A stretch of 32,000 nt of DNA from Candidatus Electronema aureum (GCA_004284765.1 NQJD01000008.1:30001-62000); one strand, 5' to 3'. Counted from the stretch's first letter, positions 17,590 through 26,607 are shown. Translations and numbers: made by a program. Notes: generated by a model not told the origin, from the letters alone.

Positions 17590-18297
17590 ATGGAACGACT
17601 TCAGAAAATTATTGCCCGGGCGGGTATCTGCTCGCGGCGCACAGCTGAGGAGTACATTGCCGCAGGCCGGGTAACGGTGGACGGCCAGACTATCACCGAG
17701 CCAGGCTGCAAGGCTGACCCAGAGCGGGCGGTGATCACGGTCGATGGCAAGCCGCTTCGGCAGGAGGAGGAAAAGGTTTATCTCTTGCTCAACAAGCCGC
17801 CCGGCTACGTCACCACGCTGTCTGATCCACAAGGCCGCCCGATTGTTAGCGATTTGCTGCCTAAGCTCAAGGAACGGCTTTTTCCTGTGGGTCGCCTTGA
17901 TTTGGACAGCGAAGGTGCGCTGCTCATGACCAACGATGGCGAGCTGGCCAATAAAATTCTTCACCCAAAATTTGAGATAAAGAAAACCTATCAGGCCACG
18001 ATGCGGCAGCTACCCAGCGAAGCGGCCTTACAGCAGTTGGAGCAGGGTATTGTCATCGACGGCCAGAAAACTTGGCCCGCCCGTCTGCGGGTGTTGCATC
18101 AGGAAAAAGGCAGCGTGGTGATTGAAATTATTATCCACGAAGGCAAAAAACGGCAGGTGCGGAAGATGTTTCAGGCTGTCGGGCATCCGGTGCTGCGCCT
18201 GAAGCGAACGGCCTACGGTGGCCTGTTACTGGGCGATTTGGGAAAAGGCAGGTACCGCTTTTTGGGAAAAAACGATCTTGCAAACATTTTTTCCTAA
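17590..18297 (+). CDS. rluB: 23S rRNA pseudouridine synthase, RluB/RsuA family
   Basis: It has an N-terminal S4 domain (MERLQKIIARAGICSRR) and the catalytic motif GRLDLDSEGALLMTNDG. Confidence 0.85.
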   Translation: MERLQKIIARAGICSRRTAEEYIAAGRVTVDGQTITEPGCKADPERAVITVDGKPLRQEEEKVYLLLNKPPGYVTTLSDPQGRPIVSDLLPKLKERLFPVGRLDLDSEGALLMTNDGELANKILHPKFEIKKTYQATMRQLPSEAALQQLEQGIVIDGQKTWPARLRVLHQEKGSVVIEIIIHEGKKRQVRKMFQAVGHPVLRLKRTAYGGLLLGDLGKGRYRFLGKNDLANIFS

Positions 18298-18314
18298 TAA
18301 TTCATCAAAACCCC

Positions 18315-18343
18315 TTTACAATCAGAATGATACCTGCTTTAAT
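18315..18343 (+). promoter_or_regulatory. candidate sigma70 promoter upstream of the ihfB-like gene
   Basis: TTTACA (18315-18320), a 17-nt spacer, then TTTAAT (18338-18343). Confidence 0.35.
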
Positions 18344-18453
18344 AGTATTGATAACGATATTTGCCTAGGCTGCCTCAGTCGGGCGGGTACCAACAGATGA
18401 ACGCCGGGGCGGCCTACATGGCCTGTTTCCGAGAAATGGAGAGCGAGCTGACT

Positions 18454-18756
18454 ATGAATAAATCAGAACTAATTGAAACCTTATCCGAAAAGGTCAATCT
18501 GCCAGTACGCGAGACCGCCGCAGTCGCCAAAACCATTATCGACACGATGAGCGAGGCTTTGGTTCATGGCGATTCGATTGAAATCCGAGGATTTGGCAGC
18601 TTCACGGTCAAAAAGTACGGCTCCTACACCGGTCGTAACCCCAAATCTGGGGAGAAAATCGATGTAGCTCCGAAAAAATTGCCCTTCTTTAAGGTGGGCA
18701 AGGACCTGCGTGAGCGAGTAGATGAGGAGGCGCAGCAGGAACTGGGCAAGAAGTAG
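18454..18756 (+). CDS. ihfB: HU/IHF-family DNA-binding protein, IHF beta-like
   Basis: MNKSELIETLSEK..., IEIRGFGSF and GRNPKSGEKIDV...PFFKVGKDLRERV fit the family. The ATG at 18454 is preferred over the longer track ORF. Confidence 0.8.
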   Translation: MNKSELIETLSEKVNLPVRETAAVAKTIIDTMSEALVHGDSIEIRGFGSFTVKKYGSYTGRNPKSGEKIDVAPKKLPFFKVGKDLRERVDEEAQQELGKK

Positions 18757-18771
18757 TCTATGTGGGTGGAA

Positions 18772-20094
18772 TTAGGCAATGATCCCACCCACTAAATCGT
18801 AGGTATGAGCCTCGGCGATGCGTACTTTGACAATATCGCCGGGGTTGGCAGTGCCTTCATTGATGTAGACGCAGCCGTCGATCTCCGGTGCCTGAAAGCG
18901 GGCGCGGCCTTCCAAAAGCAACTCAGTTTCCTCGCTCACACCTTCTACCAGTACCTCCACCTCTTGGCCAACCAGTTGCTGGAGCCTTTTTTGACTGATT
19001 TCCGCCTGTAATTCCATCACCCGGACAAAGCGTTCCTGTTTTTCCTCTTCCGTCACCTTAGGTTGGAAATTTGATGCTGCCGCGCCTTCCTCATCTTCAT
19101 AAGGAAATACGCCGACATGATCTAACTGCCAGCTTGCTAAACATTCTAACAGCTCTGCCACATCTTGTTCGGTCTCGCCGGGAAAACCAACCATCATCGT
19201 TGTACGCAGGGCGCAGTGAGGAATCCTTTTCCTGATTCGGGCAATCAGCTGGTCTAAATCCTGTTGCCCGTAGCGTCGGTTCATCCGTTGTAGCACATTG
19301 CTGCTGACATGTTGAAAAGGGATGTCTAAATACGGTACGATACGCGGCTGTTCTGCCATCAAGTCTAACAGTTCATCGCTGACTGAGGCGGGGTAAAGAT
19401 AAAGCAGGCGGAGCCAAGGAATATCGGTTTCAGCCAATAGCTGCCGGAGCAACGCGGCAAGATTGCTGCCCAGATCAGTGCCGTAGGCGGTCAGATCTTG
19501 GGCAATCAGGGAGAGTTCTTTTACCCCACCCTGAGCCAACGCACGGGCCTCGATGGCCAGATCAGCAACAGACCTGCTGCGCAGATCGCCCCGGATGGAG
19601 GGAATCATGCAATAGGTGCAGCGATTATTACAACCCTCGGTAATTTTTAGCCAGCTGCGGAACGGCGGCGTGGACAAACGGCGCGGCATCGCGCTGCTGA
19701 TCAAAGAACGGCAAGGCTGCTGAAGCACAAGCCCGGCACAGCCCGGCAATGCACTGATCAATTCAGCTATCCGTTGCTCATCGTCAATGCCGACCCAAAG
19801 ATCAACTTCTGGCAATTCTTTATGTAACTCCGAGCCATAGCGTTGTACGAGACAGCCGGTCACGACTAATTTCTTGCTCGGATCAGCCTGCTTGTACTCG
19901 GCTAAATGAAGGATTTCATCGACAGTCTCTTCCACTGCTGGGCGGATGAAACCGCAGGTGTTGATCAGGAGTAATTCTGCCTCAGCTGGGTCTTCCACAG
20001 CCTGCCAGCCGCTGAGTTCCAAAGAGCCGAGCATCATTTCAGAATCAACTAAGTTTTTCGCACAGCCGAGGCTGGTGAGGTGCAGTGTTTTCAT
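18772..20094 (-). CDS. rimO: ribosomal protein S12 methylthiotransferase
   Basis: It has N-terminal SLGCAKNLVDSE, the radical-SAM motif CNNRCTYC, and a C-terminal TRAM-like domain. ATG at 20094. Confidence 0.85.
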   Translation of the reverse strand: MKTLHLTSLGCAKNLVDSEMMLGSLELSGWQAVEDPAEAELLLINTCGFIRPAVEETVDEILHLAEYKQADPSKKLVVTGCLVQRYGSELHKELPEVDLWVGIDDEQRIAELISALPGCAGLVLQQPCRSLISSAMPRRLSTPPFRSWLKITEGCNNRCTYCMIPSIRGDLRSRSVADLAIEARALAQGGVKELSLIAQDLTAYGTDLGSNLAALLRQLLAETDIPWLRLLYLYPASVSDELLDLMAEQPRIVPYLDIPFQHVSSNVLQRMNRRYGQQDLDQLIARIRKRIPHCALRTTMMVGFPGETEQDVAELLECLASWQLDHVGVFPYEDEEGAAASNFQPKVTEEEKQERFVRVMELQAEISQKRLQQLVGQEVEVLVEGVSEETELLLEGRARFQAPEIDGCVYINEGTANPGDIVKVRIAEAHTYDLVGGIIA

Positions 20095-20261
20095 GCTGAT
20101 AAAAGACAAGTGGAAGTATCTGAGGGAGTTCAGGAATGATACCTACCATGCCACCTTGGAGAAGTAAACCGGAAAAAGCAAGCCTCTGAATCCCCACGCT
20201 CTATTCAGAAGCCTATTTTTTTCGCATTTCATCCTAAGCATCCCTTGTAATCAGGAGATTT

Positions 20262-20292
20262 TTGCCCATTTTCCGCGCAGGCATGGTATAAT
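20262..20292 (+). promoter_or_regulatory. candidate gyrB promoter with an extended -10
   Basis: TGG-TATAAT (20284-20292) is a perfect -10 with an upstream TG. A weak -35, TTGCCC, lies 19 nt upstream. Confidence 0.45.
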
Positions 20293-20374
20293 ACGCCGCT
20301 TCCGGCAGGATGCTGTCTGTTGCATCGCAACTCTGCCGTTTTCCGTATTAATTTTTCATTCAGAAGGCAACCAA

Positions 20375-23317
20375 GTGAGCGAACAGGAAAACTCGTCCTA
20401 CGGGGCGGATCAGATCAAGGTTCTTGACGGGCTTGAGGCGGTACGCAAACGTCCGTCCATGTATATCGGCAACACGGCGGAAGAGGGGCTGCATCACCTG
20501 ATTTATGAGGTGGTTGATAACTCCATCGACGAGGCATTGGCCGGCTGCTGTGACCGGATCAGGGTGATCCTCCTCGAAGACGGCTCCTGCTCAGTCGAAG
20601 ACAACGGACGCGGCATTCCGGTGGACAAGCATCCGACCGAAAACATGACCGCTCTTGAGCTGGTGCTGACCACGCTGCACGCGGGCGGCAAGTTCGATCA
20701 TTCGTCCTACAAGGTTTCCGGCGGCCTGCACGGCGTGGGTGTGTCAGTGGTCAATGCGCTCTCCACCCACGTGACCGCTGAGGTGCGGCGCAACGGCAAG
20801 CTCTACCGGCAGACTTTCTCCTACGGCGCGAAGACCAGCGAGCTGGAAGTGGTCGGCACCAGCGAGCACACCGGCACCACCATCACCTTCAAGCCAGACC
20901 CGGAGATATTCACCCAGACCATTGCTTTCAAGTATGAGATCGTCCTCAACCGGTTGCGCGAGCTGGCCTTCCTCAACCGGGGCATTCACATTTCTCTGAA
21001 GGACGAGCAGAGCGGGGCTGAAGACCTCTTTCATTACGAGGGCGGCGTGGTTGAATACGTCGAGCACCTTAACCGCAACCGCACCCCGATTCATCCCCAG
21101 CCGATCTTTCTTGAAGGCGAGCAGGAGCAGGTGCAGGTTGAGGTCTGTCTGCAATACGTTGACAGCTACACCGAGCGGCTGGCCTCCTTTGTCAACAACA
21201 TCAACACGCGCGAAGGCGGCTCGCATGTGGCAGGTTTCCGCGCCGCGCTGACCAAGTGCATCAACAAGTACGCCACCGACGACATTGTGCCCAAGCACAT
21301 GAAGGAGAAGATGGAGGGCGACGATGTGCGCGAGGGGCTGACTGCGATCATTTCGGTGCGGGTGCCGAATCCGCAGTTTGAGGGTCAGACCAAGACCAAG
21401 CTGGGCAACTCCGAGGTGAAGGGCATTGTCGCTTCCATCTGCACCGAGCAGCTTGGTGATTATTTGGAGCGCAACCCGCAGGTGGCGCGGCAGATACTCA
21501 GCAAGGCGGTTGAGGCGGCGCGGGCCAGAGAAGCGGCGCGGAAGGCGCGGGATTTGTCACGCAAGAAGGACGGCATTTCTCTGCTGATGGCAGGCAAGCT
21601 GGCAGAATGCCAGTCGAAGAATCCGGCGGAGCGGGAGCTGTTTCTCGTGGAGGGCGATTCGGCGGGCGGCTGCTTTTCTGGCGAGACCAAAGTGGCTTTG
21701 GCTGATGGCCGCGCCTTGAGCTTTTTGGAGCTGATTGCCGAGCAGGAACAGGGGAAGGAGCATTTCTGCTACACCATTCAAGCTGACGGCAAGATTGGTC
21801 TGGAGCAAATTCTGCATCCGCGCCTGACTAAAAGGCAGCAAGAGGTTGTGCAAGTAACACTCGACAACGGCGAGCAGATTGTCTGCACACCCGATCACCG
21901 CTTCCTGCTCCGTGACGGGACGTATTGCCCGGCGGAACAGTTAGAGGCAGGCACCTCACTGATGCCGCTGTACCGCAAGCTGCCCGGCTCTGGCTGCGAA
22001 ATGATCTGGGAACCAAATGCTGGTCGCTGGAGATTCTTTGCTGATCAAGACGAATCAGCTTGGCAAGATGCGGAAGAAGAGGCTTTAGAAGCTGCTGCCG
22101 ACAACCACCGCGTTGTCTCCGTGGAAAAGCTGACCGAGCGTATCGATGTGTATGACATCGAAGTGCCGAACACGCACAACTTCGCTTTAGCCAGCGGCGT
22201 ATTTGTCCACAACAGTGCCAAGCAAGGCCGCGACCGCTCCATCCAAGCTATCCTGCCGTTGCGCGGCAAGATCATGAATGTGGAGAAAGCCCGCTTTGAC
22301 AAGATACTTGACTCTGAGGAGATCAAGCAGCTTATCGCCGCAATGGGCACCGGCATCGGGCGGGAGGAGTTTGACGCGAGCAAGCTGCGTTACCACAAGA
22401 TCATCATCATGACCGACGCGGACGTGGACGGCGCGCATATCCGAACTCTGCTCCTCACCTTCTTCTACCGCCAGATGCTGCCGCTGGTCGAGCAAGGCTA
22501 TGTTTATATCGGCCAGCCGCCGCTGTACCGCTTAGGCCGGGGCAAGAAGGAGCAGTATTTCCTCAATGAGGACGCGCTGAACAGCCACCTTTACGACCAA
22601 GCGGCGCAGTTTGTGCAAGTCCGCTTGGAGAACGGCAGCGTGCTGGCCGGGCAAGAGTTAGTCAGTTTGTTGAAGAAGCTCACCCTGTTCGAGCGCATCA
22701 GCACCTTCTTGGAACGGATGAACATTCAGGAGCAGCTCACCCTCTTCCTGCTTGAAAACGATGTGCATTCTGCCGATCAGTTTAAGGAGGAGGCGTTCCT
22801 GCACGGGCTGCTGGATAAGCTCGCCAGCATTGATGCGGTCACGAGCGGCATCCGCGTCTGCGCGACCCGGCCCAGTTGCTTTGAGGCGGAGGCGGCCTTT
22901 CAAGGCTTGGCCCACACCCGCGCGGTCATCGGGCCGCACATCCCGCTGATTCCCGAATATCGCCACGCTCTTGAGCTGCATCCTGCAATCAGGCAGTTCC
23001 TCGGCAGCGGCTTCACGGTCATCAAGGGCGAGGAGAAGGAGATTCCGGCGAAGAACTGGCGCGAGCTGATCCGCGTGGTGCGCGAGGAAACCTTCAAGGG
23101 CAGCCACTTGCAGCGCTACAAGGGTTTGGGCGAGATGAACCCGGAGCAGCTTTGGGAAACGACCATGAATCCGGCCAACCGCACCCTGCTGCGCGTCAGG
23201 ATTGAGGATGCTGAGGCTGCCGATGATCTTTTTGTCACCCTGATGGGCGATAAGGTGGAGCCACGGCGCGAGTTTATCCAGAATCATGCGCTGGAGGTTT
23301 CGGAGCTGGATGTGTGA
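20375..23317 (+). CDS. gyrB: DNA gyrase subunit B, interrupted by an in-frame mini-intein
   Basis: GTG start. Motifs present are YGADQIKVLDGLEAVRKRPSMYIG, YEVVDNSIDEA, GLHGVG, EGDSAGG|...|SAKQGRDR, PLRGKIMNVE, DADVDGAHI and YKGLGEMNPEQLWETTM. The ORF is 980 aa, or 799 aa without the intein. Confidence 0.95.
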   Translation: MSEQENSSYGADQIKVLDGLEAVRKRPSMYIGNTAEEGLHHLIYEVVDNSIDEALAGCCDRIRVILLEDGSCSVEDNGRGIPVDKHPTENMTALELVLTTLHAGGKFDHSSYKVSGGLHGVGVSVVNALSTHVTAEVRRNGKLYRQTFSYGAKTSELEVVGTSEHTGTTITFKPDPEIFTQTIAFKYEIVLNRLRELAFLNRGIHISLKDEQSGAEDLFHYEGGVVEYVEHLNRNRTPIHPQPIFLEGEQEQVQVEVCLQYVDSYTERLASFVNNINTREGGSHVAGFRAALTKCINKYATDDIVPKHMKEKMEGDDVREGLTAIISVRVPNPQFEGQTKTKLGNSEVKGIVASICTEQLGDYLERNPQVARQILSKAVEAARAREAARKARDLSRKKDGISLLMAGKLAECQSKNPAERELFLVEGDSAGGCFSGETKVALADGRALSFLELIAEQEQGKEHFCYTIQADGKIGLEQILHPRLTKRQQEVVQVTLDNGEQIVCTPDHRFLLRDGTYCPAEQLEAGTSLMPLYRKLPGSGCEMIWEPNAGRWRFFADQDESAWQDAEEEALEAAADNHRVVSVEKLTERIDVYDIEVPNTHNFALASGVFVHNSAKQGRDRSIQAILPLRGKIMNVEKARFDKILDSEEIKQLIAAMGTGIGREEFDASKLRYHKIIIMTDADVDGAHIRTLLLTFFYRQMLPLVEQGYVYIGQPPLYRLGRGKKEQYFLNEDALNSHLYDQAAQFVQVRLENGSVLAGQELVSLLKKLTLFERISTFLERMNIQEQLTLFLLENDVHSADQFKEEAFLHGLLDKLASIDAVTSGIRVCATRPSCFEAEAAFQGLAHTRAVIGPHIPLIPEYRHALELHPAIRQFLGSGFTVIKGEEKEIPAKNWRELIRVVREETFKGSHLQRYKGLGEMNPEQLWETTMNPANRTLLRVRIEDAEAADDLFVTLMGDKVEPRREFIQNHALEVSELDV
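21671..22213 (+). mobile_element. 181-codon mini-intein in the GyrB Toprim motif
   Basis: It begins with CFSGETKV (block A Cys), contains TPDHRF (block B TxxH), and ends VYDIEVPNTHNFALASGVFVHN followed by the +1 Ser. Removing it restores EGDSAGG-SAKQGRDR exactly. There is no room for a homing endonuclease domain. Confidence 0.9.
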
Positions 23318-23398
23318 AGGGAGGCGGCATCCCTAAATTCGGCAAACGACCGGGGCTGCGGAACGAATGCGCGGCCCCGCTAAACGAAAGTGCTTGTG

Positions 23399-23632
23399 CT
23401 TTTTTGAAAAGGAGGTCTCCGTTTTTCGATAAAACGTGCTCTCTTTTAAAGAGAGAGGTCTCTTTCGTAAAGAGTGGCTGCCTTTTTAAGAAAAGGACAT
23501 GGCCGTTCGTTAAAAGAAGATGCCTTTTTTAAAAAAGGAGAGGAGCTTTTCTTGAAAAGGCATGTCCACTTAAGAAAAGGGTCAGTCCTTTTTAAAAGAG
23601 GGCTTGAGCGCGGAAGAAAAGGAGGCTGCCTG
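23399..23632. repeat. eleven degenerate ~21-bp tandem units, each a T-tract/A-tract dyad (YCTTTT-N0-4-AAAAGR)
   Basis: The first G after each A-run falls at 23411, 23435, 23451, 23472, 23495, 23516, 23537, 23559, 23579, 23598 and 23621, a mean spacing of 21.0 bp. Perfect examples are CCTTTTTTAAAAAAGG (23523-23538) and CTCTCTTTTAAAGAGAG. Confidence 0.8.
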
Positions 23633-23778
23633 CCAACCTTGATGCAGGCACATCCGAATCAGTTGCGCGTCCAAGGGTAGGTTGGCGGTGAGGAAGTTTT
23701 GCAGCAAAGTTAAATAAGGCCAGATAATGGTATCTGCCCCCTATTATTTGTTCTTTCCACAGAAGAATGGAGGATGCC

Positions 23779-24408
23779 ATGAACGTGTCGAAGAATTATC
23801 TTTTTTTAGTTTTCCTGTTTGTAGTCAGCTTGCCGCTCTCTGGCTGCAACCAAGAAAATAAAAAACTTCAAGCAGAGAATTCAGATCTGCGTGTTAAGTT
23901 GTACCTGCTTGAGACTGAACTGACCAAACAACCCCGTAATCTGGACAGAAAAGATGCTGAAGAGATTTTGAATAGATATCTATCTACTCCTTCTGTGAAG
24001 AGAATAAAGTTTATGGCAAGCGGATTTGAGCTTGCAAAGACTAATGGTGTAATATCTAAAAATTCCGGAAAGGAATGGCCAGAATATCCTTGGATATTAT
24101 CCGAGAAAGGGAAAATGATTTTTGGAAGTATCGTAAATGGAGAAATTATAGAAAGTATAATAATTACACAAATCGAAGGAAATTACGTCTTCCGTCCAGA
24201 GATAGCAGAAAAAGTTGTGTCTATCAAAGGAATCAGCGATGGCCCATACCGAGGAACTAAGGTGGTGCAGGTTATAACAACCTACGTGCTTCCCTCTGAC
24301 GTTAATGAACAGGAAATTGCCAAATATATCTATATGGCAGAAAGAAAAGATGCGATACTTCGCCGATACGATGATGGCTGGCGCGTGGAAGAAATAAAGA
24401 GATATTGA
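23779..24408 (+). CDS. hypothetical lipoprotein
   Basis: It has a signal peptide with the lipobox LPLSGC (MNVSKNYLFLVFLFVVSLPLSGCNQ) and a GGAGGA Shine-Dalgarno sequence upstream. The gene is AT-rich. I recognise no family. Confidence 0.6.
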   Translation: MNVSKNYLFLVFLFVVSLPLSGCNQENKKLQAENSDLRVKLYLLETELTKQPRNLDRKDAEEILNRYLSTPSVKRIKFMASGFELAKTNGVISKNSGKEWPEYPWILSEKGKMIFGSIVNGEIIESIIITQIEGNYVFRPEIAEKVVSIKGISDGPYRGTKVVQVITTYVLPSDVNEQEIAKYIYMAERKDAILRRYDDGWRVEEIKRY

Positions 24409-24421
24409 ACACCGTACAATA

Positions 24422-25288
24422 ATGGAAAAACTCATCCGCTTTGATTGGGCCATCAAAAAGCTCCTGCGCGACAAGGCCAACTTTTCCGTGCTGGAAGGCT
24501 TTCTCAGCGCAGTGCTGAATGAAGACGTGACCGTGGTCAATCTCTTGGAGAGCGAAAGCAATCAAGAGGACAGCTTCGACAAATTCAACCGCGTTGATCT
24601 GCTGGTTGAAAACAGCAAGAAAGAGCTGCTGCTGATTGAAGTGCAAGTGAAATCGGAATACGACTTCTTCCATCGTATCGCCTACGGTGTCGCCAAACTG
24701 ATGAGCGAATACTTGGAAAAAGGGCAGCCGTACCGCGAAATCAAAAAGATCATCTCGGTCAGCATCACCTATTTCAGCCTTGGCATTGGCACGGATTATC
24801 TCTATTACGGCTCGACTAATTTTGTCGGCCTGCATACCGGCGACATCCTCGCGCTGACCGAGAAACAGCAGGAGCTGTTCGGCATCAGCGAAGTGCGGAA
24901 GATTTTCCCTGAGCACTATCTCATCCGGGTGGAGGATTTTCCTGACAAAGTGCAGTCTGCGCTCGATGAATGGATTTACATGCTGAAGCACAGCGAGGTG
25001 CGGCCTGACTTCAGAGCCAAGCATATTCAAGAAGCCTCAGCGCGGCTGCGGATTATGAATCTGGACGAGCCGCAGCGGAAAGCCTATGATGAATACATGC
25101 AGAATGTCTCGTATCAGCAGTCCATGCTCTGGTCTTCCCGTGAAGAGGGTAAACACGAGGAGAAAATTGCCATTGCCAGAAATCTGCTGGCGCATGGCAT
25201 TGCGCTGGAGGTTATCGCCGCCAGCACAGGCTTGTCCAGCGGGGAGATAGCCACTTTGCAAAAAGGAGAAGACCATGCAGTTCCTTGA
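24422..25288 (+). CDS. Rpn-family / PD-(D/E)XK (PDDEXK_2, putative-transposase-type) nuclease
   Basis: FNRVDLLVENSKKELLLIEVQVK gives the D...ExQ/K nuclease core. The family-typical C-terminal tail is IAIARNLLAHGIALEVIAASTGLS. Confidence 0.75.
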   Translation: MEKLIRFDWAIKKLLRDKANFSVLEGFLSAVLNEDVTVVNLLESESNQEDSFDKFNRVDLLVENSKKELLLIEVQVKSEYDFFHRIAYGVAKLMSEYLEKGQPYREIKKIISVSITYFSLGIGTDYLYYGSTNFVGLHTGDILALTEKQQELFGISEVRKIFPEHYLIRVEDFPDKVQSALDEWIYMLKHSEVRPDFRAKHIQEASARLRIMNLDEPQRKAYDEYMQNVSYQQSMLWSSREEGKHEEKIAIARNLLAHGIALEVIAASTGLSSGEIATLQKGEDHAVP

Positions 25289-26177
25289 CGTGAAAACCGA
25301 CTTCGCCTTCAAGCGGGTCTTTGGCAGCGAGCAGTCAAAAGGCATCCTGATTGACTTCCTCAACGCCATCATTGACTTCGGTGATGAGAGAATCACCGAT
25401 CTGACCATCGTTGATCCCTATCAAGTACCGCCGCTGAAAGGCATGAAGGACAGCTATGTTGATGTGAAGGCGGTGCTGTCTAATCGCGCCAAAGTCATCA
25501 TCGAGATGCAGGTGCTCAATGTCGAAGGCTTCGAGAAGCGGGTGCTGTATAATGCCGCAAAGCTCTACTCCTCACAGCTCAGACGCTCGCAGCAGTACGC
25601 GGGACTGGAGCCGGTCATCGCCCTGACCATCACCGACTTCGAGATGTTCAAGGATTTCGACAAGGTGATTTCCTATTGGAACCTGCGTGAGAAGGAGCAG
25701 CTTGTTCAGTACAGCGACGAGATCGAGCTGATCTTTGTTGAGCTGCCTAAGTTCAAGAAAGGCGAGGACGAGCTGCACACGGTCATGGACAAATGGATTT
25801 ACTTCATCAAAAACGCAGGCGCGCTCGACTTTATTCCCAAGACCTTCACCGAGCCGCCGCTGCTTGAAGCCTTTGATCTGGCCAACACCGCCGCCCTGAG
25901 CGAGGAGGAGCTGGAAGTGCAGTTCAAACGCCGGGACTTCATCATGCTCCAGCAGGGTGCTTTGATGAAGGCGGAGAAGGACGGGTTGGCGAAGGGTATG
26001 GAAAAGGGACTGCAAGAGGGAATGGAGGCTGGCATTAAGGAAGGTGTGAAAGAAGGAAAGCGCGAGGCAAAACTTGCCATCGCCCGCAGCCTGCTGGCGC
26101 ATGGCATTACGCTGGAGGTCATCGCTGCCAGCACAGGCTTGTCTGGCGATGAGCTGGCCAGCTTGCAGGAACAATAA
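25275..26177 (+). CDS. Rpn-family recombination-promoting nuclease / putative transposase (second divergent paralogue)
   Basis: MQFLDVKTDFAFKRVFG..., SYVDVKAV...VIIEMQV core and a repeated E/K/G-rich segment are followed by the tail LAIARSLLAHGITLEVIAASTGLS. It overlaps the upstream paralogue by 14 nt. Confidence 0.8.
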   Translation: MQFLDVKTDFAFKRVFGSEQSKGILIDFLNAIIDFGDERITDLTIVDPYQVPPLKGMKDSYVDVKAVLSNRAKVIIEMQVLNVEGFEKRVLYNAAKLYSSQLRRSQQYAGLEPVIALTITDFEMFKDFDKVISYWNLREKEQLVQYSDEIELIFVELPKFKKGEDELHTVMDKWIYFIKNAGALDFIPKTFTEPPLLEAFDLANTAALSEEELEVQFKRRDFIMLQQGALMKAEKDGLAKGMEKGLQEGMEAGIKEGVKEGKREAKLAIARSLLAHGITLEVIAASTGLSGDELASLQEQ

Positions 26178-26199
26178 CAACAACCAAGGGGGTGTTAAG

Positions 26200-26607
26200 A
26201 TGAGTCTGATAACTTGGGACGACAGCTTGAGCGTCAATGTGGCGGAGATCGACAGGCAGCACCAGAAGCTGGTGGCGATGATCAACGAGCTACATGACGC
26301 GATGAAAAGCGGCAAAGGAAAAGACGTGATGGGCAGAATAATCAGCGGCCTGATCAGCTACACCGACAGTCATTTTAAAGTGGAAGAGAAGTACTTCGCT
26401 CAGTTTAAATACCCTAATTCAGCGGCGCACATGAAGGAGCACACCGCCTTTGTCAAGAAGGTCTCTGAGTTCCACAGCGACTTTGAAGCAGGCCGTCTGA
26501 CGGTATCCATTGACACCCTCTACTTCCTGCGCGACTGGCTGCAAGGCCACATCAAGGGCACGGACAAGAAGTACAGCAGCTTCTTCCATGAAAATGGTCT
26601 GCGGTAA
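26200..26607 (+). CDS. bacteriohemerythrin-like protein
   Basis: MSLITWDDSLSVNVAEIDRQHQKL..., HFKVEEKYF, HMKEHTAF and DWLQGHIKGTDKKY give the His/Glu/Asp iron ligand pattern. AAGGGGG lies upstream of the ATG at 26200. Confidence 0.85.
   Translation: MSLITWDDSLSVNVAEIDRQHQKLVAMINELHDAMKSGKGKDVMGRIISGLISYTDSHFKVEEKYFAQFKYPNSAAHMKEHTAFVKKVSEFHSDFEAGRLTVSIDTLYFLRDWLQGHIKGTDKKYSSFFHENGLR

Noticed and set aside
23351-23379. Hairpin CGGGGC...GCCCCG as the gyrB terminator
   Set aside because: The stem is only 6 bp with a 17-nt loop and no following T-run, which is too weak to call.
23399-23632. CRISPR array interpretation of the 21-bp repeats (and of the 23-bp repeats at 30254-30364)
   Set aside because: The units abut each other with no unique spacers. 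They are shorter than CRISPR repeats, are degenerate, and have no cas genes nearby.
23314-23680. Two ORFs (72 and 68 codons) across the 21-bp repeat region
   Set aside because: Their heptad-like F-x-K-R periodicity is just the 21-bp DNA repeat read in frame. The frame has to switch between them because unit lengths vary (16-24 bp). No RBS or start context was noticed.
24302-26315. Minus-strand ORFs of 242 and 247 codons opposite the Rpn-type genes
   Set aside because: These are antisense shadows of two genes with clear family motifs, and they show no independent signals.
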